Positions 25,183 through 37,158 of a stretch of DNA of 64,000 bases are shown here, in pieces. The position numbers were made by a program, and so were the translations under genes. Positions within the stretch are counted from its first letter, which is position 1, and the number at the start of each line of letters is the position of its first letter. Source of the DNA: the human T2T-CHM13v2.0 reference genome, Homo sapiens; the NCBI RefSeq assembly GCF_009914755.1, contig NC_060936.1. One strand, given 5' to 3'. A model generated the notes under the pieces. That model searched no databases, was not told the origin of the DNA, and worked only from the letters and a program-made list of their open reading frames with translations.

Positions 25183-25276
25183 TTAGGTTGGTGCAAAAGT
25201 AATTGCAGTTTTGCCATTAAAAGTAATGGCAATTAAAAGTAATGGCAAAACCACAATGACTTTTGCACCAACCTAA
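25183..25276. mobile_element. MADE1 (Hsmar1 MITE) with an internal 16-bp tandem duplication
   Basis: TIRs TTAGGTTGGTGCAAAAGT ... ACTTTTGCACCAACCTAA, TA on both sides; ATTAAAAGTAATGGCA occurs twice (25216-25247). Confidence 0.95.
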
Positions 25277-26192
25277 TAGCAATCTGGTACAAGACAATCT
25301 CATAGAGTCAGACCATAGTGTAGATTGCCTCAAATACTGGGTTAAGGAGTTTGTATTGTATTAAATGACCATTAGAAAGCACTGACAATTTTGATAAGAA
25401 TATGGTTTAGCTGGGATATATTAGATGAGTTGAAAAAAGAGCAGGCTGAGGTGAGAAGACATCAATTACAAGTCAAAGGGAGTGGTCATTATGGCATAGA
25501 TTCCAGTTAAGGCAGAGGAGATGGGAAGGAAGGAACAAATGGGATAATGTCCACAAAGACATGGTGATCTATTTAATTCAGGATTGCAGTAGAGAAATAA
25601 TAGAGTCAAAAATGACTTCTTGGCAGATGAGAAAGTCAAGAGAAGAGTTGCTCTAGGGGTAGGAGTGATTCTGTTCTGTTTTAATCACGTTGAAATTGAG
25701 ATCTAAGCAAGATGACTTCCTGATCCAAATGTCCAGCCAACAACTGGAAGTTTACCTAGAGTGAAAACTGAAACAGGAGAGTAGAGAACATAACAGAGGA
25801 GATCTATAGAGGAATGTGAATCCTGCCTTTAATTACCTAAAGAACTGGTATTTGGGAAAATGAACACAGTTTACAAGTACAACTCTGTAAGGCAAAAGTA
25901 GCACCAGTTGGCAAAGCTATAGAGAGGAAGTCTTTAACTACATATGTAAATAAGTTATGTCATGCATTGATAATTGTCCATGCATAGAATAGATGGCCTC
26001 AAAATGTAGCAAATCCCTTAGCCCTTTTTCAGAGCAAACATTTAGAAATTAAAAACTTATGGGAAATACAGGTCAAATGCCTTTCTTCTTTTCTAACTAG
26101 GCTTTGTATTATTTCTGCGAGAGCTTATTTAACCTCCAATCTTAAACACATAACCTGAGTAGACTCTACTAAATTCCTTTATTCATAAGTTG

Positions 26193-26282
26193 CTGAGCTT
26201 CCTACCCATTCATAGTTTAACCGTTAGTAGACAGATACTGAGCTTCCTACCCATTCATAGTCTAACCATTAGCAGACAGACA
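26193..26282. repeat. Tandem duplication, 2 x 45 bp, 4 mismatches
   Basis: ctgagcttcctacccattcatagt.taacc.ttag.agacaga.a repeated. Confidence 0.9.
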
Positions 26283-27129
26283 CTATTAGCTTCTCCAGAT
26301 TAATCCTACCTCTGCTTGCTCTGGGTCTTTCTAAGAGAAGATTTTCTCATCACATGGTTCCTCTGTTGTCCAACTAGGCCTACATTTTCCTTGGCTTTCT
26401 TCTCTCTATTCTACCAATGGGAACTATTAAGAGAAAGTGTGTGCTTTGTCTTCTAAGAAGAGTTCATGACTCCTTTTACACCTCCTGTCTCTCCCTGACT
26501 TGAATAAGAATCATGAAAATAATAGTTATTCAACTATAAGGTTAAATTGTGGTATGGTTTTGGTATATGTGAAAAAAAGTAAAATCTGAACATGCACGAG
26601 GCTGCATGCTTTCTTCCTCTTTCCCTCTCTTTTTCCTCTGTTCCTCCATTCTTCCCTTTCCTCTTCTGCCTTTCCCTCTTCTGCCTCCTCTTTTCTTGAA
26701 CTTTTGTCTTATTTTGCCTTGACATTGGAAGTGCTTTTAATAAGGGGTCTCAGTCTTGCTCCCACTAGGGATAAGGATTCTTCCCTTCCACTTTCATCTT
26801 TTTAGAAAACAAGAAGGATTCTGGAGGGTTTGTGGGCATGCCAGATAACACTGTTTTTGTTTGTTTGTTTTATTTTGTTGTGTTTTGTCTTGAGCCCAAC
26901 TTCTACAAGCAAAAGAAGTTGTGTGGATTCATATAGCCCAGACTATTAATTAAAACCTCCTCTATCAGAAGAGGATACAAGGAAATAGCTAAGAGAATGG
27001 ACACTGGACTCAAGCTACCAGATTCAGTCCTAGCTCACTAGCTCTATGTCCTGGATTAAAGTGAATAACCTCTTTGTTTTTTCCATTTATAACCGTAAAA
27101 TGGGGATGATGCATTATTTTTATATTAGT

Positions 27130-27985
27130 ATGGCTGACACTGAGAATACAGCAGTAATAAAACAGATAATATCTCTGCTCCAGTAGAGCTTGCATTCTAG
27201 CAAAGACAAAAATCAAGTAAATACATCTTTTCATCACTACTTAATAATTTATTAAGTAGTGATAAAAACATAACAGAAATACAAAACAAGGTAAAGGGGT
27301 AGACAGTGATAGAAAGGTACTCATTTTCATGGAATAATCAGCTAAAGCTTTTGTGAGGAGTAATGTTTTGGCAAAGACCTCATATATATCTGGACAAAGC
27401 ATAACTAAGCTGAGGGAACAGCTGGTTTAAGATGCGATGAAGGAAGCTATTTTGTATCTTCAAGGAACAGCAAGGAGACCAGCATAACTGGGGTAGAACA
27501 GGAGACACGAACTATGGCAGGAGAATGAAGTCAGAGAGGTAGAGGGAGGACAGATTATTTATGGCTCAGAGTCTGTGGGATTGAAGGTTGGGTGGTGTTC
27601 TGAGTAAAATGGAAAGTCACTGGAAAGGAGTCAGATGATTACAAAGTATTTCACCAGTGCACTTAGAATTCTGTATAAAGCTGTCATTTATGGAGATGAC
27701 AGAAGATTGAGGGAGACGCAGAATGGGGAGATCCAGAATTTATAACCATATGCATTACATTTGAGATGACTATTAAATTTTTATTTTGAAAAGTCAAGTA
27801 GGAAGTTGAATATATACATTTGGAGGAGCATTTGAATGCCACTGAAAGTCCATGTGAGATGAGAACTGACCACTGAATTTGATGACAGAGAGGTCATTAG
27901 TGACCTTGACAAGAATAGTTTAATATTTCCATATTTCCATGGGAAGATGAAAACCTGACAGCAGGGAGCTATAGAGAGAATGGGA
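27130..27985 (-). mobile_element. L2 fragment
   Basis: ctctgctccagtagagcttgcattctag ... aaggaacagcaaggagaccag ... gaggtcattagtgaccttgacaagaatagtt. Confidence 0.7.
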
Positions 27986-29603
27986 AGATGCTGCTTCTGG
28001 CTATAATGGTTGAGCTTGTATCAAACTAACCCCCTGCTGAAATAACTAGAAAAGCTGGATTTTAAAAAATCTATTTGAAGATATCTGAGAGATGCTAAGA
28101 GCGACAGTACTAATTGGCCATGATCCAGAGAGAAAGAAAGGGCATTGAAGAAAGCTCAGCAATTGTTGCTGGGTTTTTTTCCCCCAATTTAATTCACTTG
28201 CTTATTTATAAGTGGTACCTGGAGTAAAGCCTGGGAGGCCAAGCAGAAAGTGACAGCCATGGAATTAAGAAGATGACCAGGAAGATGGCTGAATATGAAC
28301 AGCTTCAATCTGCAACTCCCAGTGAGACCAACACAGAAGGCGGGTGATTTCTGCATTTCCAACTGAGGTACCCAGTTCATCTCACTGGGACTGGTTAGAC
28401 AGGGGTTGCAGCCCACGGAGGGTGAGCAAAAGCAGGGTGGGGCGTCGCCTCACCTGGAAAACACAAGAGGTCGGGGAACGCCCTCCCCTAGCCAAGGGAA
28501 GCTCTGAGGGACCATACCATGAGGGACAGTGCTATCTGGCTCAGATACTACACTTTTCCCATGGTCTTCACAACCCACAGACCAGGAGATTCCTTTGAGC
28601 GCCTGCACCACAAGGGCCCTGGGTTTCAAGCACAAAAACTGGGTGGCCATTTGGGCAGACACCAAGCTGGCTGCAAGAGGTTTTTTTTGGTACCCCAGTG
28701 GCGCCTGGAATGCCAGCGAGACAGAACCATTCACTCCCCTGGAAAGGGGCTGAAGCCAGGGAGCCAAGTGGTCTAGCTCACCAGATCCCACCCCCACAAA
28801 GCCCAGCAAGCTAAGATCCACTGGCTTGAAATTCTCACTGCCGACACAGCAGTCTGAAGTTGACCTGGGACACTTGAGCTTGGTGGCGGGAGCATCTGCC
28901 ATTACTGAGGCTTGGGTAGGCAGTTTTCCCCTCACAGTGTAAACAAAGCCACTGGGAAGTTCAGACTGGGCAGAGCCTACCACAGAGTGGCCACGCTGCT
29001 GTAGCCAGACTGCAGCTTCCTCTTCTCCGGGCAGGGCATCTCTGAAAGAAAGACAGCAGCCCCAGTCAGGGGCTCATAGATAAAACTCTCATCTTCCTGG
29101 GACAGAGCACCTGGGGGAAGGGGCGGCTGTGGGCGCAGCTTCAGCTGACTTAAACTTTCCTGCCTGCCGGCTCTGAAGAGAGCAGCAGTTCTCCCAGCAC
29201 AGTGTTCGAGCTCTGCTAAGGGACAGACTGCTTTGTCAAGTGGGTCCCTGATCCCCGTACCCCTTTACTGGGAGACACCTTCCATCAGGGGTCAACAGAC
29301 ACCTCATACGGAGAGCTCCAGCTGGCATCTGGCGAGTGCCCCTCTGGGATGAAGCTTCCAGAGGAAGGAGGACGCAGCAATTTTTGCTCTTCTGCAGCCT
29401 CTGCTGGTGATACCCAGGAAAACAGGGTCTGGAGTGGAACCCCAGCAAACTCCAGCAGACCTGCAGCAGAGGGACCTGATTGTTAGAAGGAAAACTAACA
29501 AACAGAAAGGAATAGTATCAGTGTCAATAAAAAGGACAACCACGCAAAAAGTCCATCTGAAGGCCACCAACTGCAAAGACCAAAGGTAGATAAATCCACG
29601 AAG

Positions 29604-30627
29604 ATGAAAAAAAACCAGCACAAAAAAAGCTGAAAATTCAAAAAACCAGAATGCCTCTTCTCCTCTAAAGGATCACAATTCCTCACCAGCAAGGGAACAA
29701 AACTGGACAAAGAATGAGTTTGATGAATTGACAGAAGTAGGCTTCAGAAGGTGGGTAATAACAAACTCCTCAGAGCTAATAGAGTATGTTCTAACCCAAT
29801 GCAAGGAAGCTAAGAAACTTGATAAAAGGTTACAGGAATTGATAACTAGAATAACCAGTTTAGAGACAAACATAAATGACCTGATGGAGCTGAAAAACAC
29901 AGCATGAGAACTTCGTGAAGCATACACAAATATCAATAGCCAAATCAATCAAGCAGAAGAAAGGATATCAGAGACTACAGATCAACTTAATGAAATAAAG
30001 CATGAAGACAAGTTTAGAGAAAAAAGAATGAAAAGGAGCAAACAAAGCCTCCAAGAAATATGGGACTATATGAAAAGACCAAACCTATGTTTGATTGGTG
30101 TACCTGAAAGTAACGGGGAGAATAGAACCAAGTTGGAAAACACACTGTAATATATTATCCAGGAGAACTTCCCAACCTAGCAAGACAGGCCAACATTCAA
30201 ATTCAGGAAATACAGAGAACACCACCAAGATACTCCTTGAGAAGAGCAACCCCAAGACACATAATTGTCAGATTCACCAAGGTTGAAACGAAGGAAAAAA
30301 TGTTAAGGGCAGCCAGAGAGAAAGAGCAGGTTACTCACAAAGGGAAGCCCATCAGACTAACAGCAGATCTATCTGCAGAAACCCTACAAGCCAGAAGAGA
30401 GTGAAGGCCGATATTCAACATTCTTAAAGAAAATAATTTTCAACCCAGAATTTCATAACCAGCCAAATTAAGCTTCATAAGTGATGGAGAAATAAAATCC
30501 TTTATAGACAAGCAAATTCTGAGGGATTTTGTCACCACCAGGCCTGCCTTACAGAGCTCCTGAAGAAAGCCCTAAATATGCAAAGGAAAAACTGGTACCA
30601 GCCATGCAAAAACAAACCAAAATGTAA
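29604..30627 (+). pseudogene. L1 ORF1 (disrupted)
   Basis: ATG at 29604, in-frame stop (gcaTGAgaa ~29905) and frameshifts. Confidence 0.85.
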
Positions 30628-30690
30628 AGACCATCAACACTATGGAGAAACTGTATCAACTAATAGGCAAAATAACCAGCTAGCATCATA

Positions 30691-33600
30691 ATGACAGGAT
30701 CAAATTCACACATAACAATATTAACCTTAAATGTAAACAGGCTAAATGCCCTGATAAAAGTCACAGACTGACAAATTGGATAAAGAGTCAAGACCCATCA
30801 GTGTGCTGTATTCAGGAGACCCATCTCATGTGCAAAGACACACATAGGCTCAAAATAAAGGGATGGAAGAAGATTTACCAAGCAAATGGAATGCCAAAAA
30901 AAGCAGGGCTTGCAATCCTAGTCTCTGATTAAACAGACTTTAAACCAACAAAGATCAAAAAAGACAAAGAAGGGCATTGCCTAATGGTAAAGGGATCAAT
31001 GCAACAAGAAGAGCTAACTATCCTAAATATATATGTGCCCAATACAGGAGCACCCAGATTCATAAAGCAAGTTCTTAGAGACCTACAAAGAGACTTAGAC
31101 TCCCACACAATAATAGTGGGAAAATTTAACACCCCACTCTCAATATTAGGCAAATCAATGAGACAGAAATTTAACAATGATAGTCAGGACTTGTACTTAG
31201 CTCTGGACCAAGTGGAGCTAATAGACATCTACAGACTCTCCACTCCAAGTCAAGAGAATATACATTCTTCTCAGCACCACACAGCACTTATTCTAAAATT
31301 GACCACACAATTGAAAGTAAAACACTCCTCAGCAAATGCAAAAGAATGGAAATCATAACAAACAGTCTCTCAGACCACAGTGCAATCAATTTAGAACTCA
31401 GGATCAAGAAACTCACTCAAAACAACACAACTACATGGAAGCTGAACAACCTTCTCCTGAATGACTACTGGGTAAATAACAAAGTTAAGGCAGAAATAAA
31501 TAAGTTCTTTGTAACCAATGAGAATAAAGACACAACATACCAGAATCTCTGGGGCACAGTTAAAGCAGTGTGTAGAGGGAAATTTATAGCACTAAATGCC
31601 CACAGGAGAAAGCAGGAAAGCTCTAAAATCGACACCCTAACATCACAGTTAAAAGAATTAGAGAAGCAAGAGCAAACAAATGCAAAAGCTAGCAGAAGAC
31701 AAGAAATAACTAAGAGCAGAACTGAAGGAGATAAAGACCCAAAAACTATTCAAAAAAATCAATGAATCCAGGAGCTGGTTTTTTGAAAAGATTAACAAAA
31801 TTGATAAACTACTAGCCAGACTAATAAAGAAGAAAAGAGAGAAGAATCAAATAGACACAATAAAAAATGATAAAGGAGAGATCACCACTGATCCCACAGA
31901 AATGCAAACTACCATCAGAGAATACTATAAACACCTCTACACAAATAAACTAGCAAATCTAGAAGAAATGGATAAATTTCTGGACACATACACCCTCCCA
32001 AAACTAAACCAGGAAGAAGTCGAATCCTTGAGTAGACCAATAACAAGTTCTGAAATTGAGACAGTAATTAATAGCCTACCAATGAAAAAAAGCCCAGGAC
32101 CAGATGGATTCACAGCCGAATTCCACCAGAGGTGCAAAGAGGAGCTGGTACCATTCCTCCTGAAACTGTTCCACACAATGGAAAAAGAGGGACCCCTCCC
32201 AAACTAATTTTATGAGGCCAGCATCATCCTGATACCAAAACCTGGCAGAGACACAACAAAAAAAGAAAATTTCTGGCCAATATCCCTGATGAACATCAAC
32301 ACGAAAATCCTCAATATAATACTGGTGGCTGGGTGCGGTGACTCATGCCTGTAATCCTAGTACTTTGGGAGGCCGAGGGAGGCAGATTACCTAAGCTCAG
32401 GATTTCAAGACCAGCCTGGGCAACATGGCGAAACTCTGTCTCTACTAAAGTACAAAAAATTACCTCAGCTATTCAGGAGGCTGCGGCACAAGAATCGCTT
32501 GAACCCAGGAAATGGAGGTTGCAATGAGCCAAGATTGTGCCATTGCACCCCAGCCTGGGCAACAGAATGAGACTCTTTCTCAAAAAATAAAATAAAATAA
32601 TAAAATAAAATAAAATAAAATAAAAAAATACTGGTAAACCAAATCCAGCAGCACATTAAAAAGTTTATCCACCATGATCTCATCAAGTCGGCTTCATCCC
32701 CAAGATGCAAGGCTGGTTCAACATATGCATATCAATAAACGTAATCCATTACATAAACAGAGCCAATGACAAAAACCACATGATTATCTCAATAGATGCA
32801 GAAAAGGCCTTTGATAAAATTCAACACTCCTTCATGCTAAAAACACTCAATAAACTAGATACTGATGGACCATATCTCAAACTAATGACAAACCCAGAGC
32901 CAATATCATACTGAATGGGCAAAAACTGGAAACATTACCTTTGAAAACAGGCACAAGACAAGGGTGCCCTCTCTCACTACTCCTATTCAACATAGTATTG
33001 GAAGTTCTGCCAAGGCAATCAGGCAAGAGAAAGAAATAAAGGGTATTCAGATAGGAAAAGAGGAAGTCAAATTATCTCTGTATGCAGATTACATGATTGT
33101 ATATTTAGAAAACCCCATTGTCTCAGCCCAAAAACTCCTTAAGCTGATAAGCAACTGCAGCAAAGTCTCTGGATACAACATCATTGTGCAAAAGTCACAA
33201 GCATTCCTATACACCAATAATAGACAACGAGCCAAATCCTAAGCAAACTCCCATTCACAGTTGCTACAAAGAGAATAAAACACCTAGGAATACAACTTAC
33301 AAGGAATGTGAAGGACCTTTTCAAGGAGAACTACAAACCACTGCTCAAGGAAATAAGAGAGGACACAAACAAATGGAAAAACATTCCATGCTCATGGATA
33401 GGAAGAATCAATATCGTGAAAATGGCCATACTGCCCAAAGTAATTTATAGATTCAATGCTATTCCCATCAAGCTACCATTGACTTTCTTCACAGAATTAG
33501 AAAACACTACTTTAAATTTCATATGGAACCAAAAAGGAGCCTGTATAGCCAAGATGACCCTAAGCAAAGAGAACAAAGCTGGAGGCATCATGCTACCTGA

Positions 33601-34845
33601 CTTCAAACTATACTACAAGGCTACAGTAACCCAAACAGCGTGGTACTTGTACCAAAAGAGATATATAGACCAATAGAACAGAACAGAGGCCTCAGAAATA
33701 ACACCACACATCTACAACCATCTGATCTATGACAAACCTGACAAAAACAAGCAATGGGGAAAGGATTCCCTATTTAATAAATGATGTTGGGAAAACTGGC
33801 TAGCCATATGCAGAAAACTGAAACTGGACCCCTTCCTTACACCTTATACAAAAATTAATTCAAGATGGATTAAAGATTTAAACATAAAACCTAAAGCCAT
33901 AAAAACCCTAGAAGAAAACCTAGGCAATACCATTCAGGTCATAGGCATGGGCAAAGACTTCATGACTAAAACACCAAAAGCAATGGCAATAAAAGCCAAA
34001 ACTGACAAATGGGATCTAATTAAACTAAAGAGCTTCTGTACCGCAAAAGAAACTATAATCAGAGTGAACAGGCAACCTACCGAATGGGAGAAAATTTTTG
34101 CAATGTATCCATCTGACAGACAGCTAAAATTCAGAATCTACAAGAAAATTCAACAAATTTACAAGAAAAAAACAAACAACCCCATCAAAAAGTGGGCAAA
34201 GTGTATGAACAGACACTTTTCAAAAGAAGACATTTATGTGGTCAACAAACATGTCAAAAAAGTCTCATCAGCACTGGTCATTAGAGAAATGCAAATCAAA
34301 ACCACAGTGAGATTCCACCGCTTGCAAGTTAGAATGGTGATCATTAAAAAGTCAGGAAACAACAGATACTGGAGAGGATTTGGAGAAATAGGAATGCTTT
34401 TACTCTGTCGGTGGGAGTGTAAATTAGTTCAACCATTGTGGAAGACAGTGTGGCAATTCCTCAAGGATCTAAACCAGAAATACCATTTGATCCAGCAATC
34501 CCATTACTGTGTATATACCCAAAGGATTATAAGTCATTCTATTGTAAAGACACATACACACATATATTTATTGCAGCACTGTTCACAATAGCAAAGACTT
34601 GGAACCAACCCAAATGCCCATCAATGATAGACTGGATAAAGAAAATGTGGCACATATACACCATGGAATACTATGCAGCTATAAAAAAGAATGACAAACC
34701 CAGAGCCAATATATTTATTGGTTATCTAAGGAATATGATAACCTTTGCAGGGACATGGATGAAGCTAGAAACCATCATTCTCAGCAAACTAACACAGGAA
34801 CAGAAAACCAAATACCGCATGTTTTCACTCATAAGTGGGAGTTGA
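30691..34845 (+). pseudogene. L1 ORF2 EN/RT (fragmented; Alu insertion)
   Basis: MTGSNSH start at 30691; ORF-track fragments [45 protein letters not shown]. Confidence 0.9.
32327..32626 (+). mobile_element. Alu (S-type variant) nested in L1 ORF2, with ~28 bp deleted at the start of the right monomer and a (TAAAA)n tail
   Basis: GGCTGGGTGCGGTG start; TSD AATACTGGT at 32318-32326 and 32627-32635. Confidence 0.95.
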
Positions 34846-35289
34846 ACAGTGAGAACATATGGGCACAGGGAGGGGAACAGTGCACACCAAGGCCTGTCGG
34901 GGGATGGGGAGCAAGGGAAGGGACAGCATTAGGAGAAATACTTAATGTAGATGACGGGTTGATGGGTGCAGCAAACCACTATAGCACTTGTATACCTATG
35001 TAACGAACCTTCACGTTCTGTACATATATCCCAGAACTTAAAGTATGATTGAAAAAAAAAAGAAGAAGATGACCAGACCTATGGGCAGTCTAACAGCTAT
35101 AGAGACAACAAATTAGAGGTAATGGGGCTGCTAAATGACTCAGGGTTTCACTTGGGAACCCTGAAGGGCTTCACCTTAGGAATAAAAACAAGCAGGAATA
35201 GATCTAGCTTCAAAAAGAGTAAAACCCAGCTTCTATTCACCTCACAATGGAGTGACTGTCATCCAGAAGCAAAAATGAGTCCTCTGGAG

Positions 35290-35492
35290 TAAAGCTGTCC
35301 AAGGGAACTTTCTGTGATGATGGAGATGTTCTATATCTGTGCTGTTTAATGATGTAGATACTAGCCACATGTGGCTATTGAGCACATGAAATGTGGCTAG
35401 TGTGATGAAGAAATTACACATTTTAATTAATTTTAACTAATTTAAGTTGAAATAGCTCCCTGTGCCTTGTTACTATTACATTGAATAATGTA
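35290..35492 (+). mobile_element. MER3 (hAT-Charlie MITE)
   Basis: gctgtccaagggaactttctgtgatgatggagatgttctatatctgtgctg ... ctagccacatgtggctattgagcac. Confidence 0.85.
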
Positions 35493-37078
35493 AATATGGA
35501 GGAAGATAATGTTATCCAGACCCTCTATTTATCTTTATATATTTTTTATATATTATGTCCATTTTAACAAAAAATTACTAGCCATGTCAGAATACAAGAG
35601 AAAAAATTACTAAGAAAGACAACCAAAAAAGAGAACTATAATTAATGTATCAAAAAACTTGATAAAAACATGGATAATTTTAGCAGAAAACTGGTACTAG
35701 TACAATAGAAATAAATGGAATTTATAGCAAAGAAAATCTAAAAACTTAGTAGATGTGTTTGATCACCAATTAGAAACAACTGATAAGAGAATTAGTCAAC
35801 TATGAGACAAGTCAATAAAAAATGCCTGGATAGAAATCCAGAAAAAAAAAAGATAACATAGAAAAGCATCCTTTAGGAATATGAAACATAGTAAAAAGTT
35901 ATAGCATACATGCAGCTGAAGTGTCAGAAGGAAAGGAGAGAGAACGGAGGAGAAATAAACATTCAAGATATAAGAAGTTTTCAAAACTGATGAAAGGCTT
36001 CAAACCAGATTCAAAAAGCCTCAAGCATTCCAAGTAAGATAAATGCAAGAAAACTACACCTAAGCACAGTATAGAAAGACTGCTGAAAGTTAAAGGCAAG
36101 AAGAGGCTCTTAAAACAGCCAGAGCATAGAAAATATGTACTACCTTCAAAAGGAGCAACAGGGCATTGCCTGACTTCTAAATGAAAGTGATAGAAGCAGG
36201 AAGACAATGGGGTATCTTTGAAGGGATGAAACAAAATAATTGCAAAACTAGAATTTTATATCTAAATGAAGATATCTGTTTAAATGCAGGCCAAATAATG
36301 TTCTTGCACAAAAATAAAGATAGCAGACTTGAAAACATAGAAATAGTAAGTGTTTTAGGCAGATTTTTTAACAGAAGGATTTAGGCAGATCGTTTTGGTC
36401 TCAGATGAAAGACACAAGTGCCAGAAGAATAAAAATCACTAGAAAGGGTAAAATGTAAGCACTTCACATAAGACAATTTAATGGCTGGATGGTGAGTAAT
36501 GATGAGCTATGATTGTATATATTTCGGGTTTTAAGATTCAAATGAATCATGTAATTTCTTTTTGCATAGCATATATCAGTTTCTGACCTAATTAAATTAT
36601 AGCATCATATCTCTTACCACCCCATAAGAAACTGGGGTAAATCTATGAATAAGGCTGGATTGGTTATCAGGTTACCCCATAAACCTAAGTAACTGACATT
36701 ATTAGAACAGGCACTGTTAGCAAAATGAAACATAACAGAGCAATGCGTTGAAGACACCATAAATGAAAACAATTATTTTGTGTTGAACATCTGACTCTTT
36801 TCCCTCTCACACTGGAAATGCATGCATAAAAAAGATGTGCTAATTCTAAATATTTTATTGACCACCATTTTGTTTTAGGACAATAGACTGGGCTATTAAC
36901 TTAAAAGAAATCTTCACCCTAGTTTTCTTTTTCATATGAATTAAAACTACTTCACTTTTTGGAACTTGTCTTTAAGGGAAGGTTGTAGAGAAAAAAATAT
37001 ATATGGTAATGAATTAAACACTTGAGATGGAACCTTACTTAGAAGTAAAATAGCAAACTAGAAAGGACCTAAATGTTA

Positions 37079-37158
37079 TTAGGTTGGTGCAAATGTAATT
37101 GTGGTTTTTGCCATTGAAAGTAATGGCCCAAACTGCAATTACTTGTGTACCACCCCAA
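37079..37158. mobile_element. MADE1 (Hsmar1 MITE), 80 bp
   Basis: TTAGGTTGGTGCAAATGTAATTG ... CAATTACTTGTGTACCACCCCAA flanked by TA. Confidence 0.9.

Larger units (their letters stand above)
28281..35062 (+). mobile_element. Full-length LINE-1, L1PA7-like, inactive
   Basis: 5'UTR starts GAAGATGGC, followed by ORF1, ORF2, 3'UTR (gtagatgacgggttgatgggtgcagcaaacc) and an A-tail. A 14-bp TSD AAGAAGATGACCAG lies at 28267-28280 and 35063-35076, preceded by TT (EN site). Confidence 0.95.
27990..36460 (+). mobile_element. Old L1M 5'/ORF1 remnant, split by the L1PA7 insertion and MER3
   Basis: L1M-like 5' start cttctggctataatgg at ~27993. An ORF1 C-terminal remnant AGRQWGIFEGMKQNNCKTRILY lies at 36181-36270. 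Confidence 0.5.

Noticed and set aside
28281-35062. Retrotransposition-competent L1
   Set aside because: Stops and frameshifts in ORF1 and ORF2, an Alu insertion, and the RT motif FADD mutated to YADY
37079-37158. Second MADE1 as a miR-548 gene
   Set aside because: Several mismatches in the 3' TIR weaken the stem and the AAAAGUA seed region is mutated; no expression evidence available
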